From a virus: a stretch of 64,000 nucleotides of DNA. The translations under genes and the position numbers were made by a program. The notes beneath the pieces were generated by a model. The model saw only the letters and a program-made list of their open reading frames with translations, was not told the DNA's origin and made no database searches. Shown piece by piece: positions 8,728 through 16,735 of this stretch; positions within the stretch are counted from its first letter, which is position 1; each line of letters begins with the position of its first letter. The stretch lies in IMG/VR virus record IMGVR_UViG_3300024264_000011, positions 32,001-96,000 of that record. One strand, written 5' to 3'.

Positions 8728-8922
8728 TCAGTCAAGGGTGAATGTTTTCTCAGAGATGACATTGAATTCATCGTCCATGGTCACATAATTCCATTCGTTG
8801 TCGTCCTCTCCCTCTTGGTAGAGGTGCAGAACACCCTCTGAATCGGTCTTGACGTAACAGTCATCAAAGTTCTCAGTGTCGAGAACGTAACCTGATGCGA
8901 TGAGTCCTTGAGTGAAATCCAT
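8728..8922 (-). CDS. Acidic hypothetical protein (64 aa; start re-called at MDFTQG)
   Basis: The upstream part of the ORF-track call runs through the promoter at 8944-9001. Confidence 0.65.
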   Translation of the reverse strand: MDFTQGLIASGYVLDTENFDDCYVKTDSEGVLHLYQEGEDDNEWNYVTMDDEFNVISEKTFTLD

Positions 8923-8943
8923 GTGGTTTTTTGACTTGAAACT

Positions 8944-9001
8944 ACAATACACGATTTTGACCCCCATATGGGGGTCAGTGGACACCTTCTAGACTGTCAC
9001 A
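8944..9001 (-). promoter_or_regulatory. Early promoter with palindromic upstream element and internal GC hairpin
   Basis: Minus strand TGTGACAGT-N6-GGTGTCCAC, 28-bp gap, -10 TATTGT. The gap contains the palindrome TGACCCCCATATGGGGGTCA. Confidence 0.75.
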
Positions 9002-9126
9002 GGACAAAGTGAATCAAATGCATCGCAAAGTTCATCGATCAAAATGTCATTTGGTTTCTTTGGAAAGTGAGAATCAACAATCTCATAGATTTTTTCAATC
9101 ATTTGATCCTTTTGAGTTTGTGTCAT
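8989..9126 (-). CDS. Hypothetical protein (45 aa)
   Basis: Manual translation MTQTQKDQMIEKIYEIVDSHFPKKPNDILIDELCDAFDSLCPVTV; promoter at 9154-9196. Confidence 0.5.
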   Translation of the reverse strand: MTQTQKDQMIEKIYEIVDSHFPKKPNDILIDELCDAFDSLCPVTV

Positions 9127-9153
9127 TTTGGTCCAAATCTTGACTACCAACTA

Positions 9154-9196
9154 ACAATACAGGATCTAGATCTAAAATCAAGTGATAATGGACAGT
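9154..9196 (-). promoter_or_regulatory. Early promoter with motif half-site
   Basis: ACTGTCCAT, 28-bp gap, -10 TATTGT. Confidence 0.6.
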
Positions 9197-9403
9197 TCAT
9201 GAATTGGTTGCAGGCCCACTGTCAATCTTCTGACTGTCACATAACTTCTTTACATTTTTGTATTCACAGTTGTATACTACTAGACGAGTTTGTTGTTGTT
9301 TAGGAAACTCATCACCTAAAAGTATACTTAATGACCATTCACAAATGAATATAACCTTTCCTGTATTGTTCTTGTAGTTTACTAGATCTCCAATTTTAAA
9401 CAT
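9197..9403 (-). CDS. Small SH3/KOW-like protein
   Basis: N-terminus MFKIGDLVNYKNNTGKVIFI is typical of small beta-barrel phage proteins. Confidence 0.55.
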   Translation of the reverse strand: MFKIGDLVNYKNNTGKVIFICEWSLSILLGDEFPKQQQTRLVVYNCEYKNVKKLCDSQKIDSGPATNS

Positions 9404-9647
9404 TATTGATCCTCTTATTATAGTGATTACGAATTATTTCCATTAATGATTGCTGTAACTTAGGATCAGATGTTTCATTATATGCTTGTATATACAATGC
9501 CATTGCATCATCTGGCCGTGGTATTGTCATACCTTTCTTTGACAAACTATACTTACTAAGTTCATATGTGCCTGGGCGTGTCTTTATCTTTTGTCTTCCA
9601 AAGTTGCCAGTGACAGCACCTTTCATCCTGGGCATCTTTGAAGCCAT
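9396..9647 (-). CDS. Basic hypothetical protein (83 aa)
   Basis: ORF track; SD AAGGA; first gene downstream of the consensus promoter next to the DnaA-box cluster. Confidence 0.7.
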   Translation of the reverse strand: MASKMPRMKGAVTGNFGRQKIKTRPGTYELSKYSLSKKGMTIPRPDDAMALYIQAYNETSDPKLQQSLMEIIRNHYNKRINNV

Positions 9648-9676
9648 AGAGCATCCTTTGAACGTCTGACAGAGCT

Positions 9677-9705
9677 ATTATACAGAGTTTCTGTCATGCT
9701 GTCAA
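9677..9705 (-). promoter_or_regulatory. Perfect-consensus sigma70 promoter
   Basis: Minus strand TTGACA-gcatgacagaaactctg(17)-TATAAT. Confidence 0.9.
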
Positions 9706-9710
9706 GGGGT

Positions 9711-10174
9711 TGTGGAAAAGTAGTTTTCCACACGTACATATTACATATGATAATAATTTCACATGTCATGTATATGCATATATCATATGTTAATAATTTA
9801 GTAAACTATCCAAGTATACTCAGAAGACCTTAGAGGGGTCTTAGAGGTCCTTCTAGGGGTCTCTGAGAGCACATATACACACATATCATATGTTAATAAT
9901 ATGCATACATATGATAATAATTTAAATCTCTGAGTTTTCCACAGGGCCTCGGAGGTTTTCTGAGCTTGGCGACCTTGACATTTTCATAGATTGCGGGTAA
10001 AGGTAACAACAACTCAGAGGATTACCAGAGGTTTATCATAGATTACCACACACATATGATAATAATCCCCTCTTACATACACATATGATAATAATTACAA
10101 AACTCTCAGCCACATTTAATTAACCATTCTTTTTCCACAGGTTTTTCCACAATTTATGCGGAACTTGTGGATAA
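9711..10174. other. oriC-like non-coding locus: DnaA-box cluster plus iteron-like repeats
   Basis: DnaA boxes TTTTCCACA at 9711-9719(-), 9724-9732, 9935-9943, 10131-10139, 10143-10151 and TTATCCACA at 10166-10174(-). No ORF of 60 aa or more on either strand. Confidence 0.75.
9744..10095 (+). repeat. Six direct 14-bp repeats CATATG(A/T)TAATAAT
   Basis: Starts at 9744, 9784, 9887, 9908, 10053 and 10082, all in the same orientation. Confidence 0.95.
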
Positions 10175-10177
10175 AGG

Positions 10178-10762
10178 TCAAGCATACCATCCAACTAATG
10201 TTATTCTCTGACCTTTCTTCAATGGTTTGACTCTATGTGGCACAGTCGATGGGAACACAATGAAATCACCATAGTTAAACTTATGAGTAAAGATTGAATC
10301 ATCTTGTTGTATTTGAAACTCTCCACCTACATAATCTTTCTTATGAGATAGACAATACACAATACTGATTCTTCTTATACCCATGTTATGTTTTTCATTT
10401 AGAGCAGTACACTCTGGGTAGTAATCTTTATGCCAACCATAGTGATGTCCTTTATCAGTATATCTTGTATATTGAATATGACTTTCCCATTTGTTATCTA
10501 ATGGCAGTTTCCATTGTTGATCATTACAATGGCGAATGATGTTAGCGAATCCTTCATTGATGAAATTAACTGAATCTGTTGGAATCCAGTTTGTATGACA
10601 CTTTCGGAGTTTACCATTGACACCATCAAGTAACGAACCTTCACCTGGTTGTTCATCTTTGAAACAGAGATTACATGTGTCTTGTACTTCATCAGTTGCT
10701 TTATCATTACCTAAGTTACCAATAATGAATTCAGGTCGGATGAGTTGTTTCATTGTCTCCAT
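10178..10762 (-). CDS. 2OG-Fe(II) oxygenase (prolyl-4-hydroxylase/PKHD-like)
   Basis: QYTRY...YGWHKD...RRISIV...YVGGEF...FPSTVPHRVKP...RITLVGW; HxD...H triad and distal Arg are intact. Confidence 0.9.
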   Translation of the reverse strand: METMKQLIRPEFIIGNLGNDKATDEVQDTCNLCFKDEQPGEGSLLDGVNGKLRKCHTNWIPTDSVNFINEGFANIIRHCNDQQWKLPLDNKWESHIQYTRYTDKGHHYGWHKDYYPECTALNEKHNMGIRRISIVYCLSHKKDYVGGEFQIQQDDSIFTHKFNYGDFIVFPSTVPHRVKPLKKGQRITLVGWYA

Positions 10763-11121
10763 TTAGGTTGTTTGTCCCATGATTGTTCAATCAGTTGTGA
10801 TACCAATTGATCACGCAAGTTGTTGATCTTATCTTCAGTGAATTGAGCGAAGTTATCTCTCTTGTCCACTTTCTTGTAATAATGCAAAGCATTCAGTATT
10901 ATTGTTTGTTCAGTCATTGTAAGTTGGTACTGATGTGTTTCATGAATCAAGAAACAATCAATTGGAAATAATCCTTCCTTATTCTTAACCTTAACTTTCT
11001 TTTCTTGAATGTTCTCAAGTGTGTAAGTATAACCAAGAATCAACGTCGATCGATTTGGTGCTGGTCCTGGTTGTTTAATGAGTTCAATACGATCGCCTGG
11101 TTTCATTTCTTTACGGGCCAA
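10750..11121 (-). CDS. Hypothetical protein; N-terminal half resembles 12342..12539
   Basis: MKPGDRIELI...YTLENI...GLFPIDCF versus MNPGDRVQFI...YILTDV...GKFNSVCF. Confidence 0.6.
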   Translation of the reverse strand: MARKEMKPGDRIELIKQPGPAPNRSTLILGYTYTLENIQEKKVKVKNKEGLFPIDCFLIHETHQYQLTMTEQTIILNALHYYKKVDKRDNFAQFTEDKINNLRDQLVSQLIEQSWDKQPKWRQ

Positions 11122-11172
11122 CTAAATTCTAATGTGATTGTAAGTAGAATAATGAAGAAAAATATAAAAACA

Positions 11173-11436
11173 CTAGACATGTTCTTGTAACTTATACTCT
11201 TTCTTATCTAGTTGATATCGACGAATATACTTTTCTGCATGTTCATAACATTGAAAATGACATACTTTATTCTCTTTACGATCCTCTAATCTCCATGGAA
11301 ATGTAGAATACGGAAACAACTTAGTATCCTTTGATTTTGTCCATTTGATCTCCGTCTCTTTGACTTTACGTTTCCGTGTTGTCTTTTCTGTGAGTTTGGC
11401 AATATTACGTGCAAGAGCATTTTGTGTCTTAGACAT
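11173..11436 (-). CDS. Basic cyanophage hypothetical protein (87 aa; start re-called)
   Basis: Starts MSKTQNALAR with SD GAAGG; contains FPYSTFPWRLE...CHFQCYEHAEKYIRRY. Confidence 0.65.
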   Translation of the reverse strand: MSKTQNALARNIAKLTEKTTRKRKVKETEIKWTKSKDTKLFPYSTFPWRLEDRKENKVCHFQCYEHAEKYIRRYQLDKKEYKLQEHV

Positions 11437-12043
11437 AAGGACCTTCCTTGATTGCATTCTTATCAAAGACATACTCATCATACATTACATAATCATCCTT
11501 ATCATAATCACATTGGAATACTGGATCTTGTTTAAACTCTTCCATCTCCTTGTAGAACTCATCTAGATCATCATACAATCCTTGATAGTATGAATCAAAG
11601 TGAACTAATTGATCAACTGGGAAGTGTTGAAGAAATACATTCACTGCATCATTAGAATATGTTGATGAATACCCTTGATAGTCATCATAATACTTTTGAA
11701 ACTGATCTAATGGTAGATTTTCTGTTGCTGCATCAAAGATATCATCAATGATCCAATTATGATTCTCTTTAAACGTTTGTAGATCAGTTAGATATATGAG
11801 AAGATCAGTTTCTTGTTTATCACATGATGCTTCTTCAGCAACTTCTTCAAACTTATTCTCTCCAACATCAGAAATAATACTATTCACAATCTCATGAAAG
11901 ATACTGATCTTTTCATATTCTTCAGTGAGATGTTCAAATAGAATTTCATTCTTTTCTGCATCAGACATATGTTCTAATCTATACCATGTTGCAGCGGAGA
12001 TGAGATCATACTCCTTAGAATCAATTTCAGAAAATACAGTCAT
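11429..12043 (-). CDS. Highly acidic protein, ArdA-like DNA-mimic candidate
   Basis: Very D/E-rich. The C-terminus FDSYYQGLYDDLDEFY...DDYVMYDEYVFDKN resembles the ArdA pattern Y-x-G-x-Y-D...D-Y...Y-V-F. Confidence 0.5.
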   Translation of the reverse strand: MTVFSEIDSKEYDLISAATWYRLEHMSDAEKNEILFEHLTEEYEKISIFHEIVNSIISDVGENKFEEVAEEASCDKQETDLLIYLTDLQTFKENHNWIIDDIFDAATENLPLDQFQKYYDDYQGYSSTYSNDAVNVFLQHFPVDQLVHFDSYYQGLYDDLDEFYKEMEEFKQDPVFQCDYDKDDYVMYDEYVFDKNAIKEGPYV

Positions 12044-12342
12044 GAGTTCTCCCAATAAGGATTAAATACATACTTACCACAAATAAAGTAATCACATTCA
12101 AGTTCTTCTAGATTCACATCATTAATCTCATCAATGATTGCAAGATCAAAACAGTTGGCAAGATCACCAAATGCAGCATCATATGAATCTTCCGCACATA
12201 TGGTTTTCATATGATCTAAGAATTCATCAATTGTATTCTCATCATATGAATCAACATACCGTTCATACAAATCAAAATAGTAATCAGTCTCAAATGAACA
12301 TTCTCCATACAAAGAACGATAATGATCTAAAAGTTCAGTCAT
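12040..12342 (-). CDS. Highly acidic protein, second ArdA-like candidate
   Basis: D/E/Y-rich; ends ELECDYFICGKYVFNP; ATGA-coupled to 11429..12043. Confidence 0.45.
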   Translation of the reverse strand: MTELLDHYRSLYGECSFETDYYFDLYERYVDSYDENTIDEFLDHMKTICAEDSYDAAFGDLANCFDLAIIDEINDVNLEELECDYFICGKYVFNPYWENS

Positions 12343-12539
12343 CAGTGAGTTACCTTGAAACAAACAGAATTGAATTTACCTGTGATACCTTCTAATGATA
12401 CCTTTGTGTGTTGTCGATGAACTTCTACATCAGTGAGAATGTATACTTCATTCAGTATACATGGTGGCCAATCATTGTTACCCCACTGTTGTTGTTCCTT
12501 GGTACAACCTATAAACTGTACACGATCACCTGGGTTCAT
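12342..12539 (-). CDS. Small SH3-like hypothetical protein
   Basis: ORF track; MNPGDRVQFIG. Confidence 0.65.
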   Translation of the reverse strand: MNPGDRVQFIGCTKEQQQWGNNDWPPCILNEVYILTDVEVHRQHTKVSLEGITGKFNSVCFKVTH

Positions 12540-12717
12540 TTCGATATTCCTCTAATATATCTACGTCGTTTCCATACAGTCCCATGTTCATGTAAACACA
12601 ATCAAGAAATCTTAAATCATCAATCGATGCACCTAATGTAAACTCATCACAATAACGAATGATTGCTGGTGGAACTGGAATTTCTTGGTAATTCATTTCA
12701 ATAAAAAATGGAATCAT
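12526..12717 (-). CDS. Hypothetical protein (63 aa)
   Basis: ORF track; tightly packed with its neighbours. Confidence 0.6.
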   Translation of the reverse strand: MIPFFIEMNYQEIPVPPAIIRYCDEFTLGASIDDLRFLDCVYMNMGLYGNDVDILEEYRNEPR

Positions 12718-12872
12718 TTCCCTCCTGTGTCATAGTTGAGTTTGTCATCATCTGATTTTAGATTTGCAATTTTAACTCGATTGTGCAATTGATTTAATGC
12801 TGCAATCACTTCTGGAGTTTCTTCCCATTCCCAAGTTTCTCCACCTTTCTTAGTAAATTCTTTCTTTGTCAT
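12714..12872 (-). CDS. Hypothetical protein (52 aa), paralog of 19819..19962
   Basis: MTKKEFTKKGGETWEWEETPEV...NYDTGGK versus MTKKTHVTKSGDIFEWEETDEV...DYGVGK. Confidence 0.65.
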   Translation of the reverse strand: MTKKEFTKKGGETWEWEETPEVIAALNQLHNRVKIANLKSDDDKLNYDTGGK

Positions 12873-13045
12873 TTGCGACTCTCCTGTAGTATTTGATTGA
12901 CTTGAGTTTTTTCCTCGAAAGTCATAGCCTTCCAAAGACTATCTATCTTATCATACAATGGTTGTTTATGTCGAGTGTCTGTCCAGAGTGTAAACCAGAT
13001 GTCCAAATACTCTTCCACCAATGATACTTTGAGTTTTTCTTGCAT
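12869..13045 (-). CDS. Hypothetical protein (58 aa; start re-called at MQEKLK)
   Basis: Same frame as the ORF-track call; ATGA coupling to the downstream gene. Confidence 0.55.
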   Translation of the reverse strand: MQEKLKVSLVEEYLDIWFTLWTDTRHKQPLYDKIDSLWKAMTFEEKTQVNQILQESRK

Positions 13046-13130
13046 TTCTAGAGGTGAGCAGGGTGCAATGGGTCGGAAAGAGGGAAAATATGGAAAAAAC
13101 ACGTCTTCCCTCTAGTGGTGGACTGGGTTC

Positions 13131-14537
13131 TCAGTACGTCCCGATCCAAGACCGACCCCGTACCACCGATGAACAGTATTGTTTGGTGAATACTTCTGTT
13201 GCACATTTCCACGTAGAAGTATTGGGCAAATAAACATCAAAAGAGTTATTTGCAACCAACTGATTAATTAATGTAGGGTTATCTTTGATAGACCTTGCAT
13301 AATCAGTAAGATCATAATCATCAAGTTCAACACCAGGATTTAAACGCACAAGACGACCAAGTTGTTGAAGAAAACTGATGATGATTTCTTCACCACTAGA
13401 ATCACGTTTGATATTACTGCGGAATGACATATAAGATGACAAGTTCTTGATATCCATTCCACATTTACCTTTCTCAACTGTCAGTAGAAATGTCAGTGGA
13501 TGTTCTGGATCACGAAGATTTTCTTTGATTTCATCGTCACCATCATCACACACAATACGAGATCCATTGATAGAATACATTGCTTTTTCTTCAGCTGACA
13601 TAATTGCAAGAATAGGTTCATCACGATCAAACCAAGGATTCTGTTCCAGATAGTCTAGAATTTGTTTTTTTGTATATTCAATAGTCCAGGGATTTGCATT
13701 TTTACTGTCAATATTTGGAGCACACTGAATCATCATAGTTTGTTTTTTGTTTGCAAGTCCACGACGATTAGTGAATTTTGACAGTGCATTTTGCAGTGCA
13801 AAAACTGCATCTGACATGTCAAATAACTCACAATTATCTAACCATGCACTCCTACCAATCAAGAGTTCCTTTGGACAAAATTGATTTACAATACAGAACT
13901 CCATACCAGGAGCTGGGTTAATCTTATTCAGATGTTCTGCATTGGGTGTTGCAGTGATACCAAAAATCTTTGATGTAATTTTAGATACATTCATACACCA
14001 CTTAAACAAGACTGCATTATAGTCCGATGGAGTGTTACCAGTTACATTCTTGTAATTCTCAAAACAGGAAACAGTCCACAAATGTGCTTCGTCAATGATC
14101 ACTGCACAATCTGTATTGGTTTTAACCAACCATTCACCAAACTCTTTTCCTGCAGTTCCACCAGACAGAGAAGCATGATTAATTGTCAAAAGAACTGGAA
14201 TACCTTTGTTGATTTCTTTTTTTACTTTTGCAAACAAACGTTTGTTGTTTTTATGTCCACGAGTGCTTTCAAATTTTGCACCACACTCGAATGCAATATC
14301 TTCAAACAGATCATCCTCACGAACAGAATCTTCTGGTACTGAGTATATGGTTAACTTAGTTTTTTTGTTACGAATAAGTTCAGGAATCCAATCATATACA
14401 CAAGAGTGAGTTTTACCCTGACCAGTCACACCAGTGAAGATGTGCATTTTATTCCTGAGAGTATCAAAATTATTACGATCTACTAGTTCCATGAAAGGAT
14501 TAACTAGGTAGTCAATGCGTGGATCAGTCATGGACAT
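13131..14537 (-). CDS. Superfamily 2 helicase/ATPase (DEAH, ResIII-like), divergent
   Basis: Walker A GVTGQGKT, motif II DEAH, motif III TAT, motif V GKCGMDI, motif VI QQLGRLVR. Confidence 0.85.
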   Translation of the reverse strand: MSMTDPRIDYLVNPFMELVDRNNFDTLRNKMHIFTGVTGQGKTHSCVYDWIPELIRNKKTKLTIYSVPEDSVREDDLFEDIAFECGAKFESTRGHKNNKRLFAKVKKEINKGIPVLLTINHASLSGGTAGKEFGEWLVKTNTDCAVIIDEAHLWTVSCFENYKNVTGNTPSDYNAVLFKWCMNVSKITSKIFGITATPNAEHLNKINPAPGMEFCIVNQFCPKELLIGRSAWLDNCELFDMSDAVFALQNALSKFTNRRGLANKKQTMMIQCAPNIDSKNANPWTIEYTKKQILDYLEQNPWFDRDEPILAIMSAEEKAMYSINGSRIVCDDGDDEIKENLRDPEHPLTFLLTVEKGKCGMDIKNLSSYMSFRSNIKRDSSGEEIIISFLQQLGRLVRLNPGVELDDYDLTDYARSIKDNPTLINQLVANNSFDVYLPNTSTWKCATEVFTKQYCSSVVRGRSWIGTY

Positions 14538-14555
14538 TTGATTGATTACTTGGCT

Positions 14556-14614
14556 AATATACAGGTTATGGGGTCGGAAGTCAAGGGGTTGTGACCAGTT
14601 CGTAAACTGGACTA
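14556..14614 (-). promoter_or_regulatory. Early promoter with both a -35 box and the palindromic element
   Basis: Minus strand TAGTCCAGT-N6-ACTGGTCAC...TTGACT-N17-TATATT. Confidence 0.8.
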
Positions 14615-15850
14615 AGCAAATACCTCAACCGACTTACCTTCCTTAAAAATAGAGTCAACAACATACTGGAGACGTTTTGCAACAGCACCACCATGATTCT
14701 TATGAACTGGGACAGTCACAAACCCAGTAGATTTGCGATAGAGTTGACACTGACCTGCAGGAATCTTACCGGATTGAATATCTTTGATATCGTCAATATG
14801 CAGACGGATAACACGACCGATAGTCTGTGCCATCTCAATCAATGGAAGATTACGCAGCAAAATGCAGTGAGTCAAACCAGGTACGTTGATACCCTCAGAC
14901 AGAATGGAATAGTGAAACAACAGGAATTTCTTGTTGTCATCTTTACCATAACGAGTCAGAGTGTCAAAGAATACCTCACGACTCACTTTTGTTTTGTTGA
15001 CATATGCACCGTGTTTAGAGGTGATATGCATGATCTCAAAACCACGTTCTGTGAGTTGTTGAATCACATCAGATTGTGTCAACATGTTCCACAGAACGCG
15101 AGTCGATGGTGCAGCAACTAATACTTTGGATGCATTAGTTTCATCAAGTGTGTCAAGAATACTCAGGACAGTTTCACTATCAACCTGTGCAGCAGTATCC
15201 TTCTGACGTACAATGTCAGTCTCGTGAGTATGAATAGTGGGAGGAATGATCGAACCAGACTCAATCAGTTCTTGTGCAGGTACTTTTTCAATCACATCTC
15301 CGTACACAAAAGTATTATTCATACCGTTTGCATGTGGGTCGCGATTGTTACGCGGAGTCGCAGTGAAGTAATACGAACGACGCGCAATCATGGACGCAGA
15401 TGCAACAGACTTGAAGAAATCTCTGCGGGTAGAGTTATGTGCTTCATCACAATACATCACGTCAATGTCAATACCTGCACTCACAACCTTGTTCAAAGAG
15501 TTGTAAGTAGTGAAGATGATGCAGGACTCAGATGCAGCACGCGCAACGTTGTTGAACATTGCGATCTTGTCAGATTTGGTGGAAGAGAAATACTCAGTCT
15601 CACCACTGTGAACATGACAAACATGCACCCATGTGCGAGAGATTTGTTCCATGAACTCACTGCAAAGTTGGTTTGCAAGGAGAATACGTGGAGAAACAAC
15701 TACGATGGTCTTAGGACCACTCTTAAGAGCGTTGATTGCATCAACAATCATGCACAGAGTCTTACCACCACCAGTAGGAACAAAGATGCGACCTTTGTTG
15801 AATTCCTGCATCTTGTTAGTGATGCGGGTTTGGTGGGAACGAAGAATCAT
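14612..15850 (-). CDS. Superfamily 2 helicase (DEAH, ResIII-like)
   Basis: Q-motif LRSHQ, Walker A PTGGGKT, DEAH, TATP, LSEGINVP, QTIGRVIR. Confidence 0.92.
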   Translation of the reverse strand: MILRSHQTRITNKMQEFNKGRIFVPTGGGKTLCMIVDAINALKSGPKTIVVVSPRILLANQLCSEFMEQISRTWVHVCHVHSGETEYFSSTKSDKIAMFNNVARAASESCIIFTTYNSLNKVVSAGIDIDVMYCDEAHNSTRRDFFKSVASASMIARRSYYFTATPRNNRDPHANGMNNTFVYGDVIEKVPAQELIESGSIIPPTIHTHETDIVRQKDTAAQVDSETVLSILDTLDETNASKVLVAAPSTRVLWNMLTQSDVIQQLTERGFEIMHITSKHGAYVNKTKVSREVFFDTLTRYGKDDNKKFLLFHYSILSEGINVPGLTHCILLRNLPLIEMAQTIGRVIRLHIDDIKDIQSGKIPAGQCQLYRKSTGFVTVPVHKNHGGAVAKRLQYVVDSIFKEGKSVEVFA

Positions 15851-15873
15851 GCAGTACGTCTCTCAATGTGGCT

Positions 15874-15902
15874 AATATACGCGAAAACCCCCTTGGGGTC
15901 AA
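15874..15902 (-). promoter_or_regulatory. Sigma70-type early promoter
   Basis: Minus strand TTGACC-N17-TATATT followed by AGCCAC, as in other early leaders here. Confidence 0.8.
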
Positions 15903-15927
15903 GGGGGCGAACGATCAGTCTCTCTTA

Positions 15928-16170
15928 TCAGTCTACTTGTTCTGTATTAGATATTCTTTCCAACCACAAAAAGGCATAGTCGTCTCCTTCTTTTGCTGTT
16001 CCCCATTCTTTATACTCTTGCACCAAAGCGTATATGTCTCTCCACTTATTTTGTCTTTCTAGTTTGCACATCCGTTCTTCAACTATTTCTAGTTGAGTGT
16101 CAATGATTTCCTCTGCATTTGTATCAATGTCTTCAAACAGGATGAAGAACTTACTCAGTTGGTCACTCAT
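15928..16170 (-). CDS. Hypothetical protein (80 aa)
   Basis: ORF track. Confidence 0.65.
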   Translation of the reverse strand: MSDQLSKFFILFEDIDTNAEEIIDTQLEIVEERMCKLERQNKWRDIYALVQEYKEWGTAKEGDDYAFLWLERISNTEQVD

Positions 16171-16487
16171 TTTAGTTTCTTGAAGAATTTATAAGCACAG
16201 TATACTGCGCCGCCTACCAGAAGGAAAGGCCAGAAAGTTACAACCAGTAAAATTGTACCTCCTAGGACAATCCAGAAGAAAGTTACATCACTTGTGTTGT
16301 TTGAAACAAAGTTTACAGCGTTAGAAGCACCAGATCGGAATGAATCACTCACAGATCTGGTAGAAAGAACTTTGCCAGCATATTGTGCTGAACCTTGTTC
16401 ACGTGCTTCTTTGTGAGTGATACAATCATCTACAGGTTTCCAACTAAGTCTACCTGAAGGTGTCCTAACTAATACTTCAAATGCCAT
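16167..16487 (-). CDS. Membrane protein with a C-terminal hydrophobic hairpin
   Basis: FFWIVLGGTILLVVTFWPFLLVGGAVYCAY followed by a K-rich tail. Confidence 0.7.
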   Translation of the reverse strand: MAFEVLVRTPSGRLSWKPVDDCITHKEAREQGSAQYAGKVLSTRSVSDSFRSGASNAVNFVSNNTSDVTFFWIVLGGTILLVVTFWPFLLVGGAVYCAYKFFKKLK

Positions 16488-16735
16488 TAAAGTGTGCCTG
16501 CGTTGTTGATGAACTCTTTAGCGTCACTTACAGTATTGAAATTCCCAACAAACTGATACTCAGGTCCGCTGTCTGTTTCAATAACTTTTTTGATCGAGAA
16601 ACCACCGTTCTCTTTATCTTCGTAGATAGCACCGATGATTTCACCATTGTTGTAGACGACCTCATTGTAAAGAACAAACTTGAGATTGCGGTGGTATTTA
16701 ATACCAGTAGTGTCTTCGATGTGCATCATAATCAA
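16487..16735 (-). CDS. Hypothetical protein (82 aa)
   Basis: ORF track; overlapping stop/start on both sides. Confidence 0.7.
   Translation of the reverse strand: MIMMHIEDTTGIKYHRNLKFVLYNEVVYNNGEIIGAIYEDKENGGFSIKKVIETDSGPEYQFVGNFNTVSDAKEFINNAGTL

Noticed and set aside
9975-10003. Plus-strand promoter inside the DnaA-box locus (TTGACA at 9975)
   Set aside because: The hexamer at 17-bp spacing is TAAAGG, lacking the conserved final T; too weak to call.
9744-10095. CRISPR mini-array interpretation of the 14-bp repeats
   Set aside because: The repeats are too short, the gaps are irregular (26, 89, 7, 131, 15 bp) and themselves repetitive, and no cas genes are present.
13131-15850. Type I/III restriction-modification system
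   Set aside because: Only helicase motifs are present; no methyltransferase, specificity or nuclease subunit nearby.
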